Below, in pieces: positions 1-8,108 of a stretch of DNA of 53,906 nucleotides (the first letter of the stretch is position 1; the number at the start of each line of letters is the position of its first letter). The stretch is from Verrucomicrobiota bacterium. Its GTDB lineage: Bacteria; Verrucomicrobiota; Verrucomicrobiia; Limisphaerales; UBA8199. The stretch covers positions 1-53,906 of the forward strand of contig JBAXTC010000002.1 of the NCBI GenBank assembly GCA_037130375.1, given 5' to 3'. The translations under genes were made by a program, and so were the position numbers. Below the pieces are notes generated by a model. The model saw only the letters and a list, made by a program, of their open reading frames with translations. It was not told the origin of the DNA and searched no databases.

Positions 1-439
1 CGGCCAGCAAACTTTGAAAACGACCAAACGCCTGGGCCGCCTCGAAGGCTTGCGCCGGGGATTGCACTGCGTCGTAGGTTTGCGCCCGCTCGATGAACAG
101 ATACACCCGCCAATAGAGACCGTTTTCATCGTGATGAAACGGCTTGCCGTCGCGCGCGGGAATCAGGGTCAGCGCCCGGCGGCTTTGGTCGCGCGCACCC
201 GCAAACTTGCCACCGAGATGCCGCGTAACCCGTGAGACATTGTCCATGAGCCCAACCGGATTCTTGAACACCAGATGATTAATGCGTTGAAAGATGTAGC
301 GGACGCGCGATCCCGCCTGATCAAAGACCACGCAGTAGGTGTCGTTGATGTGGCCGGTGCCGTAAGGCTCGGTGCTCACAAATGCGCCGTAGATTTGAAA
401 TCGTTGCGCGATGGCGCCCACGTCGTGTTTCAAGTCCAT
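1..439 (-). CDS. N-acetylhexosamine 1-kinase-like phosphotransferase (APH superfamily), N-terminal part; gene runs off the left edge
   Basis: Absent from the ORF track because there is no stop in the window. My minus-strand translation from ATG at 439..437 reads MDLKHDVGAIAQRFQIYGAFVSTEPYGTGHINDTYCVVFDQAGSRVRYIFQRINHLVFKNPVGLMDNVSRVTRHL...WRVYLFIERAQTYD...AFGRFQSLLA. The blocks EPYGxGHINxTY, LMxNV, WRVYxFIE and AFGxFQ match the NahK/LnpB kinase N-terminus from memory. Confidence 0.7.
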   Translation of the reverse strand, partial: MDLKHDVGAIAQRFQIYGAFVSTEPYGTGHINDTYCVVFDQAGSRVRYIFQRINHLVFKNPVGLMDNVSRVTRHLGGKFAGARDQSRRALTLIPARDGKPFHHDENGLYWRVYLFIERAQTYDAVQSPAQAFEAAQAFGRFQSLLA

Positions 440-482
440 GCCCCAGGCCTTTTCGGGTAATCGGCGCACACCATGATAGCTC

Positions 483-2357
483 TTAACGACTGCCCGATTT
501 ATCCCAGAGGTGATTGATCACGTAAATCAGGACCAAGCCGCTCACGATAAAAACGCCGGTGAGGATCAACGCCGTCTGGGTGCGGCCATAGAGGAAATTG
601 CCGATAGCGAAGAGCGACGACCAGATGGTCAGACAACCTGAAATCCAACCCAAGGTCGCCATGCCCATGTGATCGCCGTGGAGGGCCGCTTCGGCTTCAC
701 TCACGCCGGCTTCCTGGCGGATTTTGGTCCAGCCCGGCCCCGCAGGATGCACCTTCTTGTAAAACGCGATCAACCGTTCCCGGCTGGTGGGGGAACCAAG
801 AAAGGCGGTGACGAGCCAGCAAATCGAGGTAAAGGCCACCGAATACAGCACCGTGTTCGCGAACGGCAGGGCGTGACCGGTCTTCTTCATGATGAAAAAC
901 ACGACGGACACGGTGAAGGAACTGACCATCGCCACCACTTCGCACCATGCGTTGATGCGCCACCAGAACCAGCGCAGTAGATAGAGCAGCCCCGTGCCCG
1001 CACCGATGGAAATGAGCACCTCGAATCCGTCCTGCGAGGAATTCAACAGCAAGCTGAGGAGCGCGGCCACGGCATACAGCCCCACAGTGCAAACGCGGCC
1101 CACATTCACGTAATGTTTCTCGTTGGCATTGGGAGATATGAAACGCCGATAGAAATCGTGGACCAAATAGGACGCCCCCCAGTTCAGATGCGTCAGGATA
1201 GTGGAGGAGCTGGCCGCGATGAGGCCGCCGACCATCAACCCAACGAAACCCACCGGCAGAAATTTCAGCATGGCCGGAAATGCGCTGTCATGGCCAAGCA
1301 GGCTTGGATCCGCGCCGGGGAAGGCGGCTTGTATGTCCTTCAATTCCGGGAAGATGATGATCGAACACAACGCCGTGATGATCCACGGCCAGGGGCGCAG
1401 CACGTAATGCGCGAGGTTGAAGAACAGCGCGCCTCCCAGGGAATCCTTTTCTGATTTGGACGCCAACATACGTTGGGCGATGTAGCTGCCCCCGCCCGGT
1501 TCGGCCCCCGGATACCAGTTGGCCCACCAACCAATGGCCACGGGCACGATGAAGATCATCAGCGCCAGTTCATTCATGGAGAAGTTAGGCAATATGTCCA
1601 GGATGGGTTGCCCACGACCGTCAATCGCAGACATGACGGGTTGCGAGCCTTGCATGGTGACCTGTTGCGAGCTCAGCGTGCTGACCAGTTTTTGCAGCCC
1701 CGCCCAAGCGCTCTCGCCAACTCCGGTATGTCGGGCTACCGCTTTCAGGCTAAAAAACGCTGCCGCGACCACCGCCGTCATCTTGATGAAAAACTGCACC
1801 ATATCGATCACCAGCACACCCCACAAACCTGAGTGCGCGGCAAATACCACGTTGAGCAAGCCGCAGAAAAGGATCGTCTGCCACGGGGGCATTCCGAAGA
1901 GAATGTTGGCGATTTTGCAGCCGGCCAGCGTCACCATGCCCATGATGAAACAATTAAAGAACAGCCCGAGATAGACCGCGCGAAACCCACGCACTACCGA
2001 CGCCGCCTTGCCCGAGTAACGGATTTCGTAAAACTCCAGGTCGGTCATCACTCCTAAGCGACGCCAGAGACGGGCAAAGAAAAAGACTGTGGAGACTCCC
2101 GTTAGCACAAACGCCCACCATTGCCAGTTGCCCGCGACTCCGTACTGGCGCACCTGCTGCGTCACCCAGTTGGGCGTATCACTGCTGAACGTCGTGGCCA
2201 CCATCGAAATGCCCGCCAGCCACCACGGCACGGAGCGGCCCGAAGCAAAGAACTCGGAAGTATTCTTGCCCGCCCGCTTGCCAAAGAACAGTGCCGGGGC
2301 AAAGCAGATCAACAGGGAGGCAAGGACGATAATCCAGTCAAAGGCGTGGAGTTGCAT
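483..2357 (-). CDS. Sodium:solute symporter family (SSF/SLC5-like) transporter
   Basis: 624-aa ORF with many hydrophobic segments. The N-terminus MQLHAFDWIIVLASLLICF...GKRAGKNTSEFFASGRSVPWWLAGISMVATTFSSDTP is typical of SSF permeases. Antisense ORFs listed inside it are shadow ORFs. Confidence 0.88.
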   Translation of the reverse strand: MQLHAFDWIIVLASLLICFAPALFFGKRAGKNTSEFFASGRSVPWWLAGISMVATTFSSDTPNWVTQQVRQYGVAGNWQWWAFVLTGVSTVFFFARLWRRLGVMTDLEFYEIRYSGKAASVVRGFRAVYLGLFFNCFIMGMVTLAGCKIANILFGMPPWQTILFCGLLNVVFAAHSGLWGVLVIDMVQFFIKMTAVVAAAFFSLKAVARHTGVGESAWAGLQKLVSTLSSQQVTMQGSQPVMSAIDGRGQPILDILPNFSMNELALMIFIVPVAIGWWANWYPGAEPGGGSYIAQRMLASKSEKDSLGGALFFNLAHYVLRPWPWIITALCSIIIFPELKDIQAAFPGADPSLLGHDSAFPAMLKFLPVGFVGLMVGGLIAASSSTILTHLNWGASYLVHDFYRRFISPNANEKHYVNVGRVCTVGLYAVAALLSLLLNSSQDGFEVLISIGAGTGLLYLLRWFWWRINAWCEVVAMVSSFTVSVVFFIMKKTGHALPFANTVLYSVAFTSICWLVTAFLGSPTSRERLIAFYKKVHPAGPGWTKIRQEAGVSEAEAALHGDHMGMATLGWISGCLTIWSSLFAIGNFLYGRTQTALILTGVFIVSGLVLIYVINHLWDKSGSR

Positions 2358-2616
2358 TAATTTAGTCTTTTCAAACGTTTCGGGTGCCGGGCTATCTCCC
2401 AGGCATTGCGTGGCACTTCGGGAGCCGAGGTTCCGCGCTGCCTGGCGTGATCACGCTGAGCCCGTTCCCATGGTTTCAAATATGCCAGGGTTAGGCTTAA
2501 CGGGCCGGTTGCTGGGCTATGGCCAGTGGAGCGACTACAGCGGAGAAACCGGCTCGTCGTGCATCAGGGCGGCAGATTTCCAGGCACCATAGGCCCTTGA
2601 CGACGACCAGTTCGAA

Positions 2617-3417
2617 CTACTTATCTATCATCCAATACCAATCCTGATTGCCGTTCGGGCCTTTGATCATAAACAACCAGGCGCCCAATTGCGCGTGGCC
2701 GTCCGCCCAAGCATAGTTGATGCCTTTGCCGTGGCGGGTGTAGGTGTGCGAGTACTTGCCATCTCTGATCCACCAATGGCTCGGCGGGTCACAAAACCCA
2801 AATTGATCAATCCCCCAGCCGTTGTCCTGAGGTAGCACTGGGTCAATGCTGTCGCCGTTAGCCACCGTTTCCGAAGGCTTTTTGACCGAAGAGAGCTTCT
2901 GACGACCCCAAAACGGCGCGCCATAGGGCGGGGGCACCTTCTCCGCACCGTCGTAATAGCCCAAATAGTAAAAATTGTGCCCGTATCCACCGAAGGCGTT
3001 CGTGTTCATGTCGGAGCTGACACCAGCAATCTTATAGATCAGGTCCAGGTTCGCCGAGGGACACCTGGTCACGGTTCCGTGAACGTTCAAACCGGAGATT
3101 TTGTCCTGGCTCCTGCTAATATATGGCGAAATCTCCCTCGACCACTCGGGAGCATAGGCTGCGGCTCCGCCTTGCGATGCTGCCGCTACCGGCAGGAAGT
3201 CAGAGTTATCGCCGGCGTACATCAAATACCCCATGGCGATCTGCTTTTCGTTGCTCATGCAGCTGATGTTCTTGGCTTTTTCCTTCGCCTTGGCCAAGGC
3301 CGGCAAGAGCAACGCCGCCAGAATTGCGATGATGGCGATGACCACCAGGAGTTCGATCAAAGTGAACGCCGCCCCGTCCGTGCGACGCATGTCGAGAGCT
3401 TCCTTCTTCATAATCAT
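2617..3417 (-). CDS. Prepilin-type N-terminal cleavage/methylation domain protein with C-terminal H-X9-DG motif (pseudopilin-like, P1)
   Basis: Leader [17 protein letters not shown] is followed by [28 protein letters not shown], with Glu at +5. The C-terminus has [13 protein letters not shown]. This fits the TIGR02532 plus TIGR04294 type architecture (from memory). Confidence 0.9.
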   Translation of the reverse strand: MIMKKEALDMRRTDGAAFTLIELLVVIAIIAILAALLLPALAKAKEKAKNISCMSNEKQIAMGYLMYAGDNSDFLPVAAASQGGAAAYAPEWSREISPYISRSQDKISGLNVHGTVTRCPSANLDLIYKIAGVSSDMNTNAFGGYGHNFYYLGYYDGAEKVPPPYGAPFWGRQKLSSVKKPSETVANGDSIDPVLPQDNGWGIDQFGFCDPPSHWWIRDGKYSHTYTRHGKGINYAWADGHAQLGAWLFMIKGPNGNQDWYWMIDK

Positions 3418-3442
3418 CTTTCACCAATCGTCTACAGGCTCT

Positions 3443-3476
3443 GGGCCGCGGGGCGCCCCTCGCGCCACCGCGGCCC
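3443..3476 (-). other. GC-rich intergenic stem-loop between the giant repeat-protein gene and pseudopilin gene P1
   Basis: GGGCCGCGG-GGCGC-ccctc-GCGCC-a-CCGCGGCCC gives 9+5 bp of pairing. It sits 15 nt after the stop at 3491 and 26 nt before the P1 start at 3417. No U-tract follows it on the sense strand. Confidence 0.5.
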
Positions 3477-3490
3477 ATCACCCCAGCTCA

Positions 3491-5992
3491 TTACGGAAGT
3501 CGCATCCGGTAGAACACTTCCGGTAGGGTCGGATTGATTGTGATGCTCAGGCTGGTTGTGGTTTGCGAACCCGGGATATCAAACCAGGAGCTCGGGCTGG
3601 CCAAACTCACCGAGTTGGATTGCGCGTACCAACCCATGTGCGACGCCGGCCAGGTGAGCGTCAGGTTGGTCCCGCCGCTCACGCTAAATACAATGTTGGT
3701 TGGCGTTGGATTCACACTGGATACAACCTGTAAAACACCACTGCTTGGGTTGAAATTCCAGCCCAATCCCGCAGTCAGGCTCGGGAGGTTCGTGGCGGTG
3801 AAGAAGCTGCCGCTGGTCACGCTGGACGCGCTGACCAGCGAGAATGTGTCGCCACCTTGCAAGGGATCGCCCACATTCACCACGGTGAGGGTGCCACCCA
3901 AAGTCAGCGTGGTGATGCCAGCAACCTTGCTCGCGGTTTGGGCGTTGGTCCGGTTGAGAGCCATCAACGTCGTGCCGGAAAGGGTGAGGGTGTTGTTGAT
4001 GGTCAGAGTGGAAGTATCCAAACCACCCAAGCCCGGTTGCAGGGTCGCACTGGGCGGCAGGGACACCGGCACACTGATGACGCCGCTCCCGCCCAACGTG
4101 GTGCCGCTGGCGAGCGTCACCGCACCGCTGGCGAGCGAACCGTTCACTCGCAAGGTGCCTTCGCTTACGGTGGTAGCGCCGGTGTAGGTATTCGCGCCGC
4201 CGAGGCTTAATGCGCCGCTGCCAATTTTGGTCAAGCCACCGCCAGGGCTGGCGCTGTCCTGCTTCAGCGCAGCGGGAATCGTAACCGTATGAGCCCGGCT
4301 ATCAATCACCGCGCCGCCGCTCCGGATATAGGCGCTGCCGGTGCCATCAATGAAATTCCCCGCGTTGGCGGTCGCGCTCAGGACGCCCGCGTTGATATTC
4401 AGACGCGCATCGGAGGAACTCAGGTTCACTTGCAACACATTCGCTTTGGCCGCCGCCATGCCGTCGCCGATATTCATCGCGGAACTAGCCCCGCCCAGTG
4501 TCACCGTGGAGCCATTGGTGAGGGACCCACCATTGGCGATGCTCAGAACATTGCCCACCGTCGTCAAGTCAGTGGAATTGCCGATCGAAACATCACTGGA
4601 ACCAAGATCCCAAGATGAGCCCGCCCCCGTGATGGTGGCGGTGTTGTAGCTGGCTCCATTCGTCATGCCAATGTTAGCGGCAAAGCCGGTCACCACGCCT
4701 CCGCTGGCGATCGTCAGGCTGTTGGTCGAGGCGCTTTCCTGCCCCACTACTAAAAGGCCGCCGCTCTGCAACACGGAACCTGCCCCGGTTACCAGAACGC
4801 TATTCCCGTTGGCCCCGATACCAATGCGAGGAACGCCGATAGCAAAGCCGCCGCCGGAGACCGTCAGGGTGTTGGCCTTGCCCGCATTTCCCACCACGAG
4901 AAGAGCGGTGCCGCTGCCGGCATCCCAAGTCGAGCCGCTGCCGGTGACTGTTACACTATTGTTGTCAGCGCCCGCATTCCAGCCAAGGCCGCTATATCCA
5001 CTGCTGAGAACCGTGCCGCCACCGCTTATCGTCAGGCTGTTGTTCGGGCAGGCAGACCCCACCAGAAAAGTCGAGTTGTTCTGCCAGAGGGAGCCCGTCC
5101 CGGTAACGACTGCCGAGTTGTAACCAGGGTTCAGTGAGCTGTTGCCAACGATGCCGTCCGCATCGGTGATGGTTCCGCCGTCAGAGATCGTCAGGCTGTT
5201 CACCCCACCGTAGTATTGACCGCAAACGAAAGCGCCGAGGGTTTCCCACTTCGACCCGGCACCGGTCACCAACGCCGTGTTGTAACCGCCAAACCTGCCA
5301 ACATAAGCGCCGTCGCCGTTATAGATCGAGCCGCCATTGCTGACTGTTATGCTGCTTTGGACCACCCCGGCATCGAAGCCTACCCACAGGTAGGATTCAT
5401 TATGCATTACCGAGCCTGGCCCGGTCACAAGGACTTTGTTGTTGCCGTCGTAGGCTCCGATGTAGATCCAACTGCCAGCACCGCTAAGGGTCAGATTCCC
5501 GCCATTGCTGATCGTCAGGCTGTTGTTTCCCGCTCCGTAACCCATGTTGAAATCGCCAACGCCCAGCCAGGATGAGTTGGTGCCAGTGATTAGCGCGCTG
5601 TTGTGACCCGCCCAGGTGCCCAGGTAGGTGAGGCCGAGGCTGCTCATCGAGCCGCCATTGCTGACCGTCAGGCTGTTGTAACCTCCCACGTTGCCCACCC
5701 TGACGTTGGCGCTCTCCCAGGACGAACCGCTGCCGGTGACCAGCGCGCTGTTGTAGCTACCACCGGCCCCATTACCTATCCAACCGTAGTTGACGTTGAA
5801 CAGAGTGCCACCGCTGTTAATTTCCTGATAGTTGTTCGTCCCGGTGTTGCCGACTACATAATCAGCACCCGCGTTGTTAACCGCCGTGCCGCTGATGATA
5901 TTGGTGGTGTTGTCCTCGGCACGGGTGGACAACAAGCTCAGGGCGCTCAGGGCGCAGACCAGAGCGAGGGAGGATTTTCGATATATGTTCAT
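3491..5992 (-). CDS. Autotransporter-associated beta-strand repeat protein (secreted), lacking a beta-barrel translocator and ending in the shared FYR C-terminal module
   Basis: 833 aa with signal-like N-terminus MNIYRKSSLALVCALSALSLLSTRA. It has long degenerate G/S/N/T-rich repeats (NSLTISNGG, ALVTGxGS). It contains a TIGR02601-like unit LTKIGSGALSLGGANTYTGATTVSEGTLRVNG. The C-terminus is ...LTLTWPASHMGWYAQSN...EVFYRMRLP. Confidence 0.85.
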   Translation of the reverse strand: MNIYRKSSLALVCALSALSLLSTRAEDNTTNIISGTAVNNAGADYVVGNTGTNNYQEINSGGTLFNVNYGWIGNGAGGSYNSALVTGSGSSWESANVRVGNVGGYNSLTVSNGGSMSSLGLTYLGTWAGHNSALITGTNSSWLGVGDFNMGYGAGNNSLTISNGGNLTLSGAGSWIYIGAYDGNNKVLVTGPGSVMHNESYLWVGFDAGVVQSSITVSNGGSIYNGDGAYVGRFGGYNTALVTGAGSKWETLGAFVCGQYYGGVNSLTISDGGTITDADGIVGNSSLNPGYNSAVVTGTGSLWQNNSTFLVGSACPNNSLTISGGGTVLSSGYSGLGWNAGADNNSVTVTGSGSTWDAGSGTALLVVGNAGKANTLTVSGGGFAIGVPRIGIGANGNSVLVTGAGSVLQSGGLLVVGQESASTNSLTIASGGVVTGFAANIGMTNGASYNTATITGAGSSWDLGSSDVSIGNSTDLTTVGNVLSIANGGSLTNGSTVTLGGASSAMNIGDGMAAAKANVLQVNLSSSDARLNINAGVLSATANAGNFIDGTGSAYIRSGGAVIDSRAHTVTIPAALKQDSASPGGGLTKIGSGALSLGGANTYTGATTVSEGTLRVNGSLASGAVTLASGTTLGGSGVISVPVSLPPSATLQPGLGGLDTSTLTINNTLTLSGTTLMALNRTNAQTASKVAGITTLTLGGTLTVVNVGDPLQGGDTFSLVSASSVTSGSFFTATNLPSLTAGLGWNFNPSSGVLQVVSSVNPTPTNIVFSVSGGTNLTLTWPASHMGWYAQSNSVSLASPSSWFDIPGSQTTTSLSITINPTLPEVFYRMRLP

Positions 5993-6114
5993 TTGATTTT
6001 TGAGGTTATGGATGGCTATAGTTTTTTGTTCTTTTTGAGCCCGGCTCTCCGGGGTTGGTTTTATTGTGTTGTCATGCTTATGGTCGGAATAATATCAGGA
6101 CGGGTCGAAATCTG

Positions 6115-7998
6115 TTAGCCTCCTGTTGGTTTAATATTAGCACGCTGTTGCGCGGCGGCTTTTGCGCCGTCACTCCTCTCCGACCGGAACCAGAGCGCCC
6201 ACCGCGTGGAATCGGCCACCGCAGTTTGTTCGGCGATGGGCCGAAGCAAGACAGTTTGGGGCTGGATCGGATAGCCACCAGGAAGGTAGGGCAGCGTGAG
6301 GTAGGCCGCGGGCGCGGTGAACAGGACACGTTGGTCGCCCATTTCCGCGGCTGGCTTGAGCGGCAAATCACCGGCAACACTTGGTGCCGGCAAGAGGACG
6401 AGGGTCTGTTTTTCTGGCGGCTCATCGAAGAAAGTCGGCGCATTCTGCGCGTTGACACCCAGAAACCACGGGCCGCGTAGAACGGCGACGCGGCTGGCGT
6501 CCTGCGGGTGCGGCAAAAGCCGAGTGCGCATCACGTAGAGAACAGTAAGCTTGTCTCCGGACTGCCAGCGGCGACGAACCTCCACACTTCCGGCTTGGGC
6601 GACACCTTCCACCGCGTTGCCGTTGAGCGTGAATTCCAATGCGGAGGCCCAGGCGGGCTGACGGAATCCCAAAGCATGTTCGACGCCGTCCGCTTTCGTC
6701 ACCCGTAGCGTAACGCTCGCGTCCTGCGCGAGCGATGAGTCCGCCTGCACCGCGAGGCCGGGGACGGCCCCTTGGCCATCCACGGGCAGATCATAGCAAA
6801 GCCGCGCTGGCTCGGAATGGAACGTGGCGTGAAATATTTCAGGAAAAGCCCGCAGCCCGTGGAACGTGCAGCACCACCAGGCGCGCGCACTCCAACCGTC
6901 AATGCCCTCGTCGGTCAACTTGTGGTGGCCAAAATCGCCGGTGTGGAATTGGTTGAAGAAGAACTCGTTGAACAGGGTTAACTCGGCGTTCTCGACATAG
7001 CGCGGGTTCCGCGTCTCAGCCCAAAGCCCCAGGTTCAACCTAAGCCAGTCAGCCTCCGAACAGCCTTCGTCGTTAGCGATGAGCGGTTTGAAAATCTCCG
7101 GCAAAGCCCCCTGCGGCAGCAGATTCCCCGAACTAAGGATCCCCTCCCATTCGGTTTCGACCTTTCGCAGCCATTGGACGTCGTGCGTGGCGCGGTAGAG
7201 CTCGAGCACGCCACGGAGAGCCGAGACAAATCCGTGGCTATGTTGCTTCGGATGGCGGTGCGTGTTGGCCGCGATCTGCTTGGCCAGATGTAAATACTTT
7301 TCGTCATGCGTGGCGCGGTTTAACTCCACCAAGCCCTCGGTGATTTGGGTCCAGCAGATATAGCCCACGGCCACCTGGTCGCCGCTGAATTGCTGCATGA
7401 CGGCAGGGTCGTTAAAACGCGGCCCAAGGTTAACGAAACAATCGCCGAGTCGCCGGGCGCAGGCGAGCACTTCCGGCATCGGCTTCAGGCGATGGTATTC
7501 CAGCAGCCCGATCAACAGGCGGCCGTTGCCCCAAAGCAGCGCCATGTCGCTATTGGTCACATTGCCCGTGCTAAAGGGATCGCCAAAGTGTCCGTCCGCC
7601 CTTTGCAACGGCACGAGTTTGGCAGCGACTCGATCCAGTTCAGGAATCTCTTTCCCGCTGAACTGGGCCACAGCGGCCAGCGCGTCCAGATAACGGCCCG
7701 ACACGTCGCCGCTAAACTCCGTAAACCGACGCACATGTTGCGGCACGGCATCGGCCAGGACGAAATCATCCGAATACACTGGCGGCCCGCCATGCAGCAC
7801 TCGATCCAGCGACAGATCCATCCGACTCGTCAGCTCTCCGGCAAGCGCGCCTGTGGCCAGGCACAGGCCGATAAGGGCAAAGGTGATGGAGCGATTTTGT
7901 CTATTCATACGGTCATTGAGGTTAAAAGCGTCACGCTCAAGATTCATATCAGAATCCCCCCACCAAGCGTTAGCCTCCGGCTGGTTTATACTTAGCAC
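6115..7998 (-). CDS. DUF1680 / GH127-GH146-like glycoside hydrolase (beta-L-arabinofuranosidase-type)
   Basis: 627-aa ORF. The real start is probably the internal Met at 7908 (MNRQNRSITFALIGLCLATGALAG is signal-like). It has an E-x-C motif (NDEGCSEADW) and a CC motif (AWWCCTFHGLRAF), as in the Zn/Cys active site of GH127-type enzymes (from memory). Confidence 0.6.
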   Translation of the reverse strand: MLSINQPEANAWWGDSDMNLERDAFNLNDRMNRQNRSITFALIGLCLATGALAGELTSRMDLSLDRVLHGGPPVYSDDFVLADAVPQHVRRFTEFSGDVSGRYLDALAAVAQFSGKEIPELDRVAAKLVPLQRADGHFGDPFSTGNVTNSDMALLWGNGRLLIGLLEYHRLKPMPEVLACARRLGDCFVNLGPRFNDPAVMQQFSGDQVAVGYICWTQITEGLVELNRATHDEKYLHLAKQIAANTHRHPKQHSHGFVSALRGVLELYRATHDVQWLRKVETEWEGILSSGNLLPQGALPEIFKPLIANDEGCSEADWLRLNLGLWAETRNPRYVENAELTLFNEFFFNQFHTGDFGHHKLTDEGIDGWSARAWWCCTFHGLRAFPEIFHATFHSEPARLCYDLPVDGQGAVPGLAVQADSSLAQDASVTLRVTKADGVEHALGFRQPAWASALEFTLNGNAVEGVAQAGSVEVRRRWQSGDKLTVLYVMRTRLLPHPQDASRVAVLRGPWFLGVNAQNAPTFFDEPPEKQTLVLLPAPSVAGDLPLKPAAEMGDQRVLFTAPAAYLTLPYLPGGYPIQPQTVLLRPIAEQTAVADSTRWALWFRSERSDGAKAAAQQRANIKPTGG

Positions 7999-8108
7999 AC
8001 GGTTGCGTCGTTAAAGAGCAAACCATCGGTAATTCGGGTTCGATCCTGCCCTATCGGCCCAATTTACTTGCTTTTGGCGTGGTTTGAGGGTAGGGGTTGG
8101 TGTAACCT
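7999..8108. promoter_or_regulatory. Divergent intergenic region (GH127-like gene <-> AraC gene), presumed promoters/operator
   Basis: This rests on position only: it is non-coding DNA between divergently oriented genes. I could not define a motif. Confidence 0.3.

Noticed and set aside
14-460. Plus-strand ORFs 14-235 and 275-460 at the left edge
   Set aside because: They are antisense to a minus-strand reading frame that runs open from 439 to the window edge and encodes a clear NahK-like kinase N-terminus. They have no motifs of their own.
2445-2456. Perfect 12-bp palindrome GCGTGATCACGC about 90 bp upstream of the SSF transporter gene, considered as an operator
   Set aside because: A perfect 12-bp palindrome is expected about once per 4 kb by chance, so roughly a dozen per window. 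It has no second copy or partner half-site in the other intergenic regions I read.
2590-2616. tRNA-like GTTCGAA (T-loop-like) string near 2600-2612, and a general scan of intergenic regions for tRNA, rRNA or CRISPR repeats
   Set aside because: There are no flanking complementary arms to form a T-stem or acceptor stem. No regularly spaced direct repeats occur anywhere, and no rRNA-like conserved stretches were seen.
3534-4187. Long antisense or overlapping ORFs in the six-frame track inside the big genes. Examples: 3534-4187(+), 12281-12967(-), 15460-16266(+), 26216-26950(+), 26688-27860(+), 28203-28874(+), 32501-33217(+), 38230-38961(-), 43093-44175(+), 44093-44977(+), 44987-45598(+).
   Set aside because: Each lies wholly within a longer ORF on the other strand or frame that has clear family motifs. 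Their translations are Arg/Pro/Gly/Ala-rich low-complexity strings typical of shadow ORFs in GC-rich DNA, and none shows a recognisable motif.
3491-5992. Classical type V autotransporter
   Set aside because: The protein has the passenger-type beta-strand repeats, but its last ~250 residues show no beta-barrel translocator pattern. It ends in the shared FYR module instead, so I annotate it only as a repeat protein.
5993-6114. Short hairpin CCCGG-agag-CCGGG downstream of the GH127-like gene, considered as a terminator
   Set aside because: The stem is only 5 bp, and on the sense (minus) strand it is followed by an A-rich rather than U-rich tract. The T-rich run lies on the wrong side, so this is not convincing as an intrinsic terminator.
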